A DNA stretch of 63,128 nt, the filler included, from Choristocarpus tenellus KU-1152 (Eukaryota; Protista; Phaeophyceae): assembly GCA_964200185.2 (NCBI GenBank). It is 15 parts of 15 records of this genome, joined end to end, with 100 filler letters (N's around TTAATTAATTAA, not from the genome) between each part and the next. Parts side by side here need not be neighbours in the genome. Positions count along the whole stretch, not along the records: positions 1 to 4,868 come from CAXNAD020012724.1; positions 4,969 to 11,497 come from CAXNAD020007930.1; positions 11,598 to 14,187 come from CAXNAD020026485.1; 12 more parts are not named here. One strand, given 5' to 3'. This document shows, in pieces, positions 1 to 12,583 of this stretch. Numbering within the stretch: the first letter of the stretch is position 1; every line of letters starts with the position of its first letter. A program made the translations under genes and the position numbers. The notes under the pieces were generated by a model that ran no database searches, was not told the origin of the DNA, and saw nothing but the letters and a program-made list of their open reading frames with translations.

Positions 1-68
1 TAGAACAAAAGAGAAAAAAAATATCTCTTTGTTATTAATTTAGAACACCACACCGCCCTCTTTCAACA

Positions 69-105
69 CCCCCCCCCCCCCCCCCCCCCCCAGATACTTT
101 GGGTC
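69..105. mobile_element. MITE family A, terminal fragment
   Basis: poly-C + CAGATACTTTGGGTC is the right TIR seen in full copies. Confidence 0.75.
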
Positions 106-360
106 TAATATGGTGCCACCCAACAAGTAGCCCTCATGCATACATTGCACCGCTTGGGTGTATTTAGTAGCCATGTTGGAGCCTGCCAGGGCGAAAGGAG
201 TGAAGTGATTCTAGTGAAAAAAAAAAAGAAAAACAAAGGATACGACAATAATCAACAGCACATCCCATTCCTCACCCCGCACCACAAACAAACACCCCGC
301 AAACCGACACTACACAAAGCACATGCAGCAACGATCCCACTTGCTTAATACATCGCTCAC

Positions 361-3251
361 CCCATGGCTTCTTTAAAAGCCTCATTGATAACCATACTCG
401 TCCACAGTATATCCGCTCTGGATGGTGCCGTTCCCTCTCCCATAACCTTGAATTCAGGCCTGGTCAAGCTAGAGGAGAGGTATGGAAGATCGGTCCACAC
501 AAGCAGCGGCACTTCCCGACCCTCACACAGCAAGCTCTCCACCTCATAACGAGTTGTTGGCTCAGTTTCGTCGGGTTTGTGTGTGGACATGCCCTGCCCC
601 CCCCCTCTACTCTGAGCCTCCTCTGCCCAGGCTCTCATCTGCTGCTCTCGCCAGGACAGGCTTTTCTCACAAAGAAGTTTTATATCACTGCTGCTGACCT
701 CAACATCATGAACGGATGCAAGCTTTTCACCCCAGCAGGGCACACAACCGACAAGCATGCGTATAGATCAGGGAATGGGTAAGGCACCAAGAGAGATGCA
801 GCAGTAAAATAGCCCCATCACTGCAAATATGTGCACGCAAGCAGCTTACCCCTATAACCCTAACTACCCTACAACAGCGAGAGGGATACTGAATGAAGTG
901 GCAACCTGTAAGATCATCCTCTTGCAGCTTCCAATCCCAGACAAAATTATTACCTCCACAATGACTAAAAGTGGGCGAGGACATTGTGGGACTGTTGCGC
1001 TGGAGGGGTGCAATCTTCCCTGGTCATCTTGTCCAGTAAAAGATATGGTAGTGTGTACCGCGGTGAAATCAGTGTATCGACACACTGCATACACAGTTTA
1101 AAAAAAAAAAGTGTAATCCAAAAGCTTCATCTCCCACTAACCAGTGTATCATATCCTCCTTGCAAACACAACAAAGATGCTGAACCACTGCGCTAATATG
1201 AATCGATACACAATACCCCATAAAGAAAAGGACGGCGCCCCTCCTCACCAAATTAGAGACATCACAAACATCTCCACTGAGGATGCCTCTTAAGATAGTA
1301 AGATTCAAATCACTTCAAGGAACGAGATCCCTGTGCCCTAAAATTTCGAATCAAACAGTCCGATACTTCAGAGCTGCTCACAACCCAGAACATAGTGGTA
1401 CCATACCGTGATAGTTTCAATGCTTCACATTACTCTGGTAACACTAACCCTACGTCCTTACCGCTTGGGGATAATGATCTGGTGCCATAATAGGTGTTGC
1501 AGAAGTATCAAGTAAACTGCTCAAGGTACGGTGTGAGGAGAAATCACTCCACGCTGGACAAACATTACCTGTCCGTGGATATGGTGACCAAGTCCCCAGA
1601 GTGCTGCGTTGCGAATGCCGGTGCTTGCACCATCCCAGGCAGTGAACTGGAGAAGGTCCACTGTAGCCTCATCTCCTGGTTCCATCCTTCGAATAGGCCA
1701 AATCAGGCAAAACCCGATCGGTCCATTAGCAGCAGGAAGGATGAATGGAGCCAGCTGGGGTAGTAGGCGCAATTGAAATGGATGAACATCCAAGGGACCA
1801 CATTCAATCATGAACGTGAATATGACTTATCTCCAGCACAGAAGCAATTGACAAAAAATAACTGTATGTTGGGTTGGGGATAAGGAGGCAGCCAAACTAC
1901 AATTACGATTGTGCTATGGAACTATTTCTTTTTTGCATTTGAATATTGGGGGCTTTGCTCCAGATTGTAATTTTGTGAGTTTCAGAGACACAGAATGTCC
2001 ATTCATAGTTAGCTGGGGGACATGAGGGAAGAGGGAGATACATCATTTCTAGGAAAAGATCGCAACATCTTCATATGCTCACCATGCAGTTCGGGTTACT
2101 GCTGTGTCTGAACTTGCATCCAAACTCGTCTGGGACATAGCAGAGGTACTTTCCTGGTTCACCTAGGCTGTAGTATCGTGAGAAAGTAGGCAAGGCCTGA
2201 AGGACGTCCATCAGTTGTACCTCCCAATTCCCCTCCCCATCCTGACCTATCCTCTTTGGTGTTCCCTCAACCCTGACCTCAGCAGGATTATCACCACCGA
2301 AATAAACTGAATCCCCAGTCGGTCCCACCCGCATTAGAGCCGCCATACGTCGCAGGAGTGTGAGGTTAGACCTCAGGTGGGCCCGTGCCAATCCTGGGGG
2401 AAAGGTCCAAGCGTCTCGAAGGCAGAAACAGATTACATTGCCACAAAAGAAAAGGTACATATAAGCCTGTAGGTCGAAGAAAAGAGAGAGGCGCAGCCAG
2501 ATCGTCCAGAATGCTAAAAGTGTAGGCGGCGCTTTCTTTGTCACATCGTCGGTGGCAGCAACCAAGTATACGTACATATAACGAGCACGCGATGGCATAG
2601 AAAACTCAGGCAGAGAGTATTGACTAAGAGTAAAAGAGTGAGGAAGGAGCGAATTGCAAACGCGCAATGACGAAATGCAAAACTTTCCTCAGCCCAACCA
2701 ACAATCATAGAACCTGCACTTACGGTCAACAAGGAATACGTTGCCAAATGCCTCCAGGCCCTTCTCAGCAATTACCACCACCTTCCAGGTAGTCTCAATC
2801 ATGTCATCTCGCTGGTCACCGGAATATGCTGCTTCGGTAACAGTGAAGAAATCGCCTGCATCGAATGTCTGGGAAATGAGGCGGCTTAGTAAGATTCCAC
2901 AAGGTGGATGGGTAAAGAAGCAACGTGGGGGACAGGAGATATATCTGCAGAGAATGGGGTAAGGGATATACAAGAGAAGCCTTGATAATCATTTAATCCC
3001 TCATCTAATTGTCGTTCTTTGAAGGCGCCGTCGAGAGTACACATTGGCATGGGGTTGGAGAAATACTGTATCGAACCTTGCTGTGTCGTCTTATCGTACA
3101 ACTCAGTATTGCACAACAGTACTCGTGAAATATTCAGAAAAGGGGGAGGTAGACATTCAGAGTTCACCTCATCGTCAAGCTTTCTCAATAGAGTAGCATG
3201 CAGAGATGGTGGCAGTCTTATGTATTCTAGCTGTGATGTGGGGTCACTCAT
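361..3251 (-). CDS. TTLL12: Tubulin-tyrosine ligase-like protein 12 (N-terminal SET-like region), multi-exon, 3' part off the contig
   Basis: Phase-consistent exons 3251-3168, 2868-2724, 2414-2083 and 1754-1569, plus a further exon ending at 361 (its acceptor, around 700, is uncertain). The spliced product contains VFLVDHAWTF, YVPDEFGCKFRHSSNPNC-LAPF...LIWPIRRMEPGDEATVD and VWTD...LTRPEF...ADILW, which match TTLL12 motifs (FLIDHAWT; DEFGSRIxHSxxP; ADILW). Confidence 0.8.
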
Positions 3252-4173
3252 GTTAATCCAAAACTTTGTTATGGAGAGGTAAGGAATAGGATGGTTAAAA
3301 ATATAATAATTACTACTTTGAAGTATATAGTATTTGTGAATATGTGTCACCCCCTTCTTCACTTTCCCTTTATCCCCAGTCTCCTTCGAACATGGGAACA
3401 CCACTTCATGGGATGCCATGATAGCCTACTCAGCTATCCTGAGTCAACCTGAGTCCCAATGACAGTGTTTCTTGACAGTAGAGGAGCTTTTGGACAATAG
3501 GTTTTGACTTCTTCGAAGAACTTGATTTTTTGTGTTAGGTTCATTTTAAATAACACAGTAAGCCAAGGTTGGTGAGGAACAAAACATCTGCTACTCCTCC
3601 TGATATATCCTCCTCCTTCCACCTGCCCCCCACATATTCTCTCAACCTTAGCACCACCTCCAGGAACCTAAGACATTCAAGTGCGAGTAGGGGCAGTTGA
3701 ACTGCAGACCCACTCCAATTTCTCACACCTATTTCTATAGCCAAAGTGGGCGGCCAGGTTCTCCTTCTGAGAATAAAAATCCTCCTCCACTCCAATAGTT
3801 TCTGCAGTTCCGTCTCCCCCCATCTCATACCACTGTGATCCGTGAAAAGGTCAGTGACATAAACGTCATGCATGTCATCATACCCACTCCAGCCCATCCC
3901 TTGCTCAAACTGATCTTATCCATCATACACCTAAAGCTTGTTGTAGAGAATACGGCAGATGTAGAATATGTTGTTGATTCTCTTTTCACTCCAGAACTCC
4001 AGTCGTAACTTCAGGATATGGAAGCGCCCTTTGAGTACCCCAAAGAAGCACTTCTACGTCCTTTTTCACACTCTCCAAGCGCTGGCTTCATTCCAGCTGG
4101 TCCTCAATGCCGATGACTTTGTGAGGCACTAGCACGGGGGTTTTTTTCAGTGCAGAGGATATGGATGAATATA

Positions 4174-4355
4174 GGCTAAAAGTATTTAGAGGGGGGTGGC
4201 GGCTGTCCATTTGGGTTCAATTTTTTCATGTTACGATTTTTGGGTGATTTAGTTGCATACGTCGGATGGATAATGTAAATACACTTTTCCTGATTTTGGT
4301 CCAAATGGAGACAGCCTGGTGTAGACCCCCCCCTCCCCCCTAGATACTTTGGGTC
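4174..4355 (+). mobile_element. MITE family A, full-length (182 bp)
   Basis: TIRs GGCTAAAAGTATTTAGAGGGGGG ... CCCCCCTAGATACTTTGGGTC; internal GTCCATTTGG/CCAAATGGA; aligns with other copies. Confidence 0.9.
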
Positions 4356-4715
4356 TGAATACTCTTCGAGCAAGTCATATTCGGACATAAGATGTACCTG
4401 AATGGGCACATTTTAGCAGTCAGTTGACACTGTGTAGGACAGTGGTTTTTACAAAAAGTGACAATATGGACGCCCACTCTCTGATATACTGTACAACCAC
4501 GGAAAAATATAATTTCCCCTTTCAACCAAAGTCCAGAGATAAGTGGTGTGCATTATGTATGCACTTTGTGCACAAACTACATCTAGTGGCATGATTTTCA
4601 AATTTGTTGGCCACATGAATATCCTCAGAAATCTCCACACAGGACCTATATACTCCAAACATTCCTCAGAAACTACGCAGAGGTAAACACCCCTGTGTAC
4701 ACAGCTCGTGGTAGC

Positions 4716-4798
4716 TAGTGAAAGCATCTTAAAGGGTACGAGTGTTGCCCTGTTTGTCCGTTTGAGGCTTGGCTTCCCATGGGTTTTATTTGACATTT
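4716..4798 (+). mobile_element. MITE family B, left portion (interrupted by a family A copy)
   Basis: TAGTGAAAGCATCTTAAAGGGTACGAGTGTTGCCCTGTTTGTCCG...TTCCCATGGG matches the left end of 41081-41340. Confidence 0.85.
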
Positions 4799-4868
4799 GA
4801 CTCAAAGTATCTGGGAGGGGGTGGCGGCTGTCCATTTGGGGTCAATTTTTTCATGTCGCATTTTTTGG
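4799..4868 (+). mobile_element. MITE family A, left half, cut by contig end
   Basis: GACTCAAAGTATCTGGGAGGGGGTGGCGGCTGTCCATTTGGGGTC. Confidence 0.9.
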
Positions 4869-4968
4869 NNNNNNNNNNNNNNNNNNNNNNNNNNNNNNNN
4901 NNNNNNNNNNNNTTAATTAATTAANNNNNNNNNNNNNNNNNNNNNNNNNNNNNNNNNNNNNNNNNNNN
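4869..4968. other. Artificial contig-joining spacer (44 N + TTAATTAATTAA + 44 N); first of 14 (others at 11498-11597, 14188-14287, 17206-17305, 20162-20261, 28669-28768, 32001-32100, 36048-36147, 39111-39210, 42137-42236, 48105-48204, 51529-51628, 57001-57100, 60280-60379)
   Basis: The same 100-nt structure occurs each time, and TTAATTAATTAA puts stops in all six frames. This is a standard concatenation linker. Confidence 0.98.
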
Positions 4969-7900
4969 ACCCTCCAAACCCTTCATCAATTTGAGAGGAA
5001 CCTGTGGCACGGATATTGGCCTCAGAGGGGTAGGCACCATTGGAGGTTGGGATGACCGCCCAGAAAGGGACCCTGACTCAAATACACTTGCCTGGGTCTG
5101 GACATGAACCTGGGCAGGAGGAGGTCGTGGCAACTCTGTTGGTGTAGGGAAGTTAAACTCTGAACTCATCCCATCTCGGCTGGGAGGTGGGGCCAACGGA
5201 GATTCTGACACATCCATCATATCTGCAGTAGAATCAGACCCACCCCGGTGCCTGGAAGCACTACTACCTCCCCTGCCCCCCTGGGGGGTTTCCCAACCCC
5301 AGTTTCCGCTCCCACCGCCGCTCCCACTTCTCACCCTCGCCCTTCCCCCAGTCCCATCTCGCACCTGATGATCTTGAACACCAGCAGTGGTAGAGCTTTG
5401 TCGACCATTTCCCCTTCGGGTCCCTCCTTCCCCCCCTACTTGAGGAGAAGGCGTCCTTGAGCCTTGCACAGCTTGGCCCGCACGCATTGGCATGTGTGTA
5501 GAGTCAGGCGACCTCGAAGGCTGATGTCCCTGCCCCTTGACCCCTGTGGAAAAGGTTGGCAACTGATGACCTGTTTGCAACTCGACAGGCTTCCCTGCTC
5601 CTTTCCCTCCCAAGGCAACACCTGCAACATCTGCCCTCGGCCGAATATTGGCTCTAGGGCTAGACTCCTCTATGTTGGCCCTGACACCAGTCTCAGTTCC
5701 AGTCCCAAACCAGGAGGACAAGGGATTCCACTTGTTCAGACCTCCGTCAACACCAGTATCAACGTGGGCTGCCCCTGACTCAGGGTCCATGCATGGCGCC
5801 CCATTCCCCACTCCATCCACACCCTCTTGCTTTGGAGTAGGTTTTGAATATCCATTACTCATTGAGGTCACTCCTCCATTACTCACACCACCTATGCCAT
5901 TGGCACTTGGTATGTTGGCCGTAGAAGTGGGTGTTCCCCTGCCCCCCCAATCACCCTTCACACCACTATAATTGGCATACCTTGGCGAGCGTGAGTTCTC
6001 CCCACTCCCCCACCATCCTGACCCACTGCCAATCCCACTGGCTGTTGACATCGCAGCTGCCACAGCTGCCGCAGCCGCCTGTGCCTGCACCGTCTGCAAA
6101 CCTGACCTTGGCGACGAGGCCTCCACTCCCACACCAGAATCAACACCAGCCCTAGCCCTAACATCTGCCCATGAAAACGGCCTTGCTGCACCCCCTGCGA
6201 CCCTCCGCACCCCTTCATGCCTGGCTCTGGGACTAGCATGGTTCAGCCCAACCCCTGGCATATCATAATGGTCGTTTGCATTGAAGGTCTGTGCTCGTGT
6301 TCGCCGGGCAGGAAGGGCACCAAAGTTCGGGGAAAGGGCAGGGGCACTGGGGGAGGGGATGGCGTTTGGATCTAGCCTGAGCCCTTTGTCTGGAGCATGG
6401 TTACTGCCATTTCTGTGGTCAGAGTAGTTTTGTTCATTCACCCACTTCAGGTACCTGGAAGGGCACAATGAAGGGTTGTGAGGCAGAGGATGGAGTGGAA
6501 TCAGACAGGATCATAGGGGGAAAACAAGCATTAGACAAAAAACAATCCACAAATTATTATGATAGCAAAAGGATATGGTGTAGAATTTTGTAAGAAGCGC
6601 TTCAAGCGACATGGTTATTTCCATCTGCAAGTCCCAAACAACAGTGCTCTTCAGTCATCCATGTGCAAAGTAGGACAGAGTGGAGAGGGGTTCAGATTTA
6701 CATCCTTGACTGTAGTACCCCCCTCACCAGAACCAAATATCCCAATCTCTTCCTGTACTTACCCCATGAACCCACTACAATTAGCCAAGGCAAAAACAAA
6801 AACAAAAACCGTATCGTCTCTCATCCTTTGCATTCTATCCGTATCTAGTTTCCATCTCAGATAAGATACAAAAAAAAAAACTCCAACATGCCTGCCCCCG
6901 CAAATTTGAACACCAAACCATATCTCTACCTACAACCCAGCACAACTGTGCACTTTCATGCCCAGTGCCCAGGACCTCGCCATATTGCTTGCGACAAAAT
7001 TACCCTCCTAAAAAAAAATCTCCCTCACCAGGAAATAAACTCCTCCCGTGAGAAAGAGTAGGCCCCCAATAGGTTTGTTGCGCGAGCCGATGCTTCAGCC
7101 TCTTGCACGCGCTGTGCAGCTGGGACCAGTCGCGTCAATAGTTCTCGGAACTGTGAAGCTGGCACCCGCCCGGATCCACCAGCCATGCTTGAGAAAATGC
7201 GCATTGCTGACACGAGATGGGGCTCCATAGCCGTGGGGCATTGCACTCCCCCAATCTTTACCCCACCCCCACCCCCAGCAGATCCAACAGTCGCTGCTGC
7301 AACCCCTGCTGTGGCTGCAGCCCCACTCCAACTCCAGCCCCTTCCCCTTGTTTCGCCACTACTCGCCTGTGCAGATGTTGCCCCCGGAGCATTCACAAAT
7401 ATGGGTGTCGCTCGAGGGCTCATTGCAGGAGCCATTGGAATCTGCCCATATCGCCTCCTTGGTTCGGGAGGCTGATTGTACGAAAAGGTTCGAGGGTGGC
7501 TACCAGGCACTCCCCCCCTCCCTGGGGGGTCAACACCAAGTCGCATGGAGTTCAGTTGATGCCCTGCTTCTTCCAGGTCATCTGGACCACACTGCAATAA
7601 ACGTTTCAAGGGGAAGAGGGAATACACAGGAAGGAACATGGTGAGAAGGAGGGACGGTGGGGGTACGTGGTACCAGAGAAATATATGTGAGAATTGAACT
7701 ATTTTGTCAAGCCACCCAGTTCTGAAGTACAATACTCCCCAGAATCCAGGCGATACTCCGCACACCTAGCCGAACCCCATCCCAAATTCGACAAATAAAA
7801 GAGGATTAAAATGACCTGGTATCGAGTCCTGGACGGAGATAGCCCAGGTTGTCTCGCAGTATCCGTATCAGTACAAAATTAGATCATTACGGGGTCAATG

Positions 7901-8734
7901 CTTCAGCACATATGCGTAGGCTGCACTTGGGGCTGTACTTTCAATCCCCACACCACGAGCTCGTGAATCCTATATATCTGTTGGGAGCTAATCCTGAAGC
8001 CAAACCCCGAAACTCCGAATTTGATAGATCTCTCCATCCTCATGGTTTTCAGCTACCGTGTCCATGATATGTTCTAATTCTCTGGATATAGTTCTATAGC
8101 AGAGTCGTAAACGCTGTAGAGCAGACAAATTGTAATGTCGTTTAAAAGATAGGTGAACTCGTACAATCGAAGTTCATAGACGTTCGTGGTTGGCGGTGGG
8201 CGCCAAGGTGTACGTACTTCCTTGCTGAGCTAATCTGTAGATAGGAGTAACAATTTTCAAAGGTTTTATGCAATTTACCTTTGGAGGGCAATCTAGCTAC
8301 GGGGTTTGGAGAAAGGAAGGGTGTGGTTGATGATGGAAGAAGGAATGCAACGCATCCACCTCTCCTTCAATCTCCCCCGACACTTGACAACACTATTCAG
8401 TGGTCTTGTCTACAAAGGAATCGCTGCACCATGCACACCGACAACATATCATTGCCACCATTACACTACTAATTTGTAGGTTTAAGGAGATTAAATGGCC
8501 TGTATGGCCTCAATCACCTCCATAACTTATCTCGAAAAATCATAGATTAAATGTGAACGGTCACTTGTAGACACAACAAAAACGACGACTCAGCCTTTGG
8601 CCTCACCTTCATCCCTCCAAGCATGCGGTCGACCTCTTCCACCTCAGTAACGGAAATACCCCCCAGTCCCAATGCACCCATCCGTTGCCTAACATCCTGC
8701 ATACTGCTTGGGAGACTCTTGACCTCTCCAGTCT
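4969..8734 (-). CDS. Unknown Gly/Ser/Pro-rich protein with a degenerate EF-hand-like pair, multi-exon, partial
   Basis: Phase-consistent exons ~8734-8607, 7591-7029 and 6454-4969 (K|CGPDD; FIS-W-YLKW joined across a phase-2 intron). The last exon is open for about 1.5 kb. AMRIFSSMAGGSGRVPASQFRELL and FSREEFISWY resemble EF-hand helices. Confidence 0.7.
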
Positions 8735-10383
8735 CTATTGACGACACAGACTTGTGGTCAAACCCCAACAAAATGATTCAAAATGCAAGATTACTATCGA
8801 TTGATTCATTTCATGCTGTGTCTACCCCCCATGGGATACGACCTTCCAAACCAGTGACAACACGATGGCAGCTTCACTTGGACCTTTTTTCTGTGATGTG
8901 TCTTGGTTCCATTGTAACACCTACCCCTAAAATTTTAAGACCCTCTTTTCATATGTTGTATTGTTCCTCCATGTTTTTCATTTTTATCAACGATACGTAT
9001 ATCAACACACCCCTCACTCAACTACCAATACTATTCTAATCTCATAGATACGTATGGCATATGTCTTACTCCCACTCCTCTACATAAACAGATGTATTAT
9101 ACAGTGTATCAACCAGTCTCCTTCCTCCTTCCTCCACTGTCATCAACACACCTTTCATGATTTAAACAGATCATATCCATGTGTGGGAAAAACCTGTGTT
9201 GCAGTTGGAGAAGGAATTGCTGAATTGTGCAGAAGCGCTGTGGGGTGTGGACTGCTGTACTGCACGCATTCCTTGAACTGAACCAAGATGATCGGATAAG
9301 GTTGGTCTTGCAATGGCAGTAGATACGTGTTGAGGATCTGGGCGTTTTCACTATAGGAGTCATGCAAATTCCATACCATCGAGCTAAGGTAGTCCCTGGG
9401 TAAGCTGTGTGACCACTTCAAATGTCAAGAAATGTGTAGATGGTATCTCTGCATTGGTTGGAAGGACAATGGTGTGGGTTGCGCTTGGATAGGGGCAATT
9501 TAGTCGTTTGTTGGCACCAACCTTTCAGGGCTTGATTTCATGGAGGAGACATGTCAAGGAGTAGCAGTGACCACACCAGATGCTGTATATCGTCTGCTTT
9601 CCTCCATATGGAAATTATGTGGACGAAAATCTTCCCTTAATCCTGAAGCAGGACAACCTTTGAAGCACCTCCAATCCTTGGAGTCACCCCATTGCCCAAT
9701 ATTCGTGATGATAGTAGCATGTAGTTGTCGTGATTGCTCACCTCTTAGGCGGATATATCCCTTCCATGATGTGAAGGAAAAGTATATTCTTGTCTGGACT
9801 CAATCTTTATCTTGTCCTACCGCCTTCTTAGTTCGAGACGTTAAGACGAGAAAGAAAAGGTTTTTGTCATGGTTACTCCTCTAATATATGGCTAATGGTG
9901 GACCGGAAGACGAGCTCATCAATCGTTTTTCTTCTGGGCAGGTGGCTACATAGTCGATGCCCTCATGCTGCCCCTTGCCACTTCCCAGGGTGCACACCCC
10001 TGAAACCTTTGCCCGTTGCATCTCAAATTCCATACCACCTCATGTACATACAATACAATGTCGTATGTATGAACGACCTAACAGCTTCCCGTCTCTCAGT
10101 CATGAATGCCTCAAATTTCGACAGTTCTTCTCTCCAATGGTGATCCGTCATAGGACTCCTGTCCAGCTACGGTCCTGTTTGTGCCACCCTGTTTCTGCAC
10201 ACCCACACACAGCACCTTTACACCCCACTACTCATATTTTGTTGACTTAGTTCGGTGTTGGGTTATGTGTATGTCTATGCTTGTGAATGTGGTAGGTCAA
10301 TGGAGAGCAGGGGTGGGGACAGATCCAGCCTCCAGTGTCTTCATCAGCTGTCAGATGCTCTGCCCAACCTGCCTCACTCTATA

Positions 10384-11497
10384 GGCTGATTGTTTTGCCA
10401 GATACCCCCACCCTGCTTCAAGCACACTCCCTTCATTCCAACATCGACAACCTAAGAAGAAATTCCCCACCAGTTGCTTATACGCCACCTACACCATTGC
10501 GGGGAACTGGAGGAGCAATGCACTCACCCATGGGGGGTTCCAGAGTGGGAGGAGAAAATTCAGGCAAAAGCACTGGAATTGATGTTAGTCTTGGCCAGGG
10601 GCTGGATGCGGCACCTGGGATGGGCGTGGAAATCAGAACAACAGCAGGGAGGATGCAACCAATCACTGGTTTGCCGGAAGGGATGGGGGGGGGGGTAGGT
10701 TTTCCGTTTGGGGCAGAGTCTCATGGCTTTGCTAGTATTGCAGGGCAGTGGCATGGAGGCAGCAACAATGTTGCTACAGTAGCCCAGGGACAGAGCACTG
10801 GGCGAGAATCCCTCTCATCACCTGTTTCAGGATGGCCGCCACAGGGGTTTCGATCAGAACCGGGGAAGGAACAGGTGGGGAGGGTGGCACCACGGCTGAT
10901 CCCAGGACAAACTCAGCTACAAACACAGGGAGATACTAATACCATGCCTGGACAGGAGGAAGATGTTAGGCAGGGATACAGACAAGGGCACGGTTTGAGA
11001 TGGGAAATGGGACATGGACCAGGAAAGGATTGTGATCGTTTCCAGCATCAGGGGCAGGGGGACTTTCTAGTTGACAGAACTTCTCTGTCCAACGCTGTTA
11101 GTGCGGCATTATTGGGGTCGAAGCAGTTAGGGTTGGATCAGGGACAGATTTTACCTTCACAAGGAGGAATGCTCGTATCATCCCAGTCAGCTGAGCTGTC
11201 CTCAGGCAAAGAATCGGGCCTAAGGCAGGGACAATGGCAAGGTCGCAGTTGTGACGACTGGAGAGACACCAATGCACAGGAGTCAGGAAACAGTCAAGAA
11301 CGGGTACAATGGGATGGGCAGGGGCAAGGGCAGGCCCAGAGGCAGCATCAGGGCATGGAACAAGGGAAAGCAGATCATGAGTCAAGAGGGTATAATCGAG
11401 GTGGGGGGGTTCAAGAACAAAGGCAGGAGCAAGGGGGAGTGGGGCTGGGTTGGATAGGGCCAAGCGCAGAGGCTCTACAGAAGTGGCAGCAATTTGG
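10384..11497 (+). CDS. Long Gly/Gln-rich exon of an unknown gene, runs off contig end
   Basis: About 1.1 kb open frame (ORF 10335-11549) with a possible TATAG acceptor near 10383. Composition resembles the neighbouring low-complexity exon. No domain recognised. Confidence 0.55.
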
Positions 11498-11614
11498 NNN
11501 NNNNNNNNNNNNNNNNNNNNNNNNNNNNNNNNNNNNNNNNNTTAATTAATTAANNNNNNNNNNNNNNNNNNNNNNNNNNNNNNNNNNNNNNNNNNNNAAA
11601 TACGACGGATAAAA

Positions 11615-11687
11615 TTATATGGAAATCGCAACATTGGATTTCGGCCCCCGAATGGACGCGGCCCTACCCTCTAAGATACTTTGACTC
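11615..11687 (+). mobile_element. MITE family B, right end at contig start
   Basis: AATCGCAACATTGGATTTCGGCCCCCGAATGGACGCGGCCCTACCCTCTAAGATACTTTGACTC. Confidence 0.88.
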
Positions 11688-12103
11688 TGGGTTCGAGTTA
11701 CCAACTCCCAAAGCACACACCCCCCAATGCCAAAAAGGTATGGCTCACCCCCCATCACCACTTCCCATACGCCCATTCAATTTGGGGCCCACTATAAAAT
11801 ACTGGAATAGTTCGTCAATGATCCATATCAAACAGGAGAAGGATTTCCGCACCGTACTATACGACATTGAACCGATATCTTTAAAAAAGAATGACGACGA
11901 CACACTGTATGTCGTCATCATTAAAGCCTCACATATTAATGAAAATCCGCAGGATTAGGGTCCATTCCTTTGAACAAGACCCTAACACTAAACCCCCACA
12001 GCAAATATCCATTAACCTGACTCAAACACACCCAACCTTTTTCTATTAGGCACACAACAAAATTCATTAGCTTAAACAGTTCATTGGGAAACCATATGTT
12101 ATT

Positions 12104-12283
12104 TGTTTTTCTTCAAACACGCACCCAATGCGTATTTTCTCTCAAAATACGTTAGCCGACGTATTTTGGTAAGTAATTCAACACACCAGACTTATCTGTT
12201 TTTCGTCAAACACATACTCAATGCGCATTATCTCTCAAAATACGTCAGCCGATACTATAAAAGTAACAATTCAACAAACCAGA
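12104..12283. repeat. Diverged tandem duplication, ~95-bp unit x2
   Basis: TGTTTTTC.TCAAACAC...CAATGCG.AT..TCTCTCAAAATACGT.AGCCGA...AATTCAACA.ACCAGAC occurs twice. Confidence 0.8.
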
Positions 12284-12583
12284 CATCATTTGCTTATCAT
12301 GAAGAACAATCCCTATACACACATCCTTTTTTTCCGGAAGATCGAACTAGAGGAAATTGTGTAGCATGTCTATAAACACTTCTACCTCAAAACATGTTTT
12401 TTTGGGTAGAGAGCATACTCTATGCATTCATCAATGACACGAGAAAAAAATATTTTTTATGGTTCCCGTGCATTGGACGCAATAACAAACACATGTTCCT
12501 CATCTCTTCTGAATTACATATCTCATCCGGCATCCCGCCCAGACAGCTTACTTCTCTCCATTCCTCTATCTCCCTCTTTTCAG

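Noticed and set aside
3541-3897. ORF with DLFTDHS resembling the end of a LINE endonuclease; likewise possible copia integrase scraps at 19113-19620 and an ORF1/gag-like coiled coil at 15203-15403
   Set aside because: The motifs are too short or degraded to support a call without a profile search.
10079-10151. Possible first exon MTDHHWREELSKFEAFMTERREAVR of the minus-strand EF-hand-like gene
   Set aside because: It ends in phase 2 while the next identified exon needs phase 1, and no linking exon was found, so it was not included.
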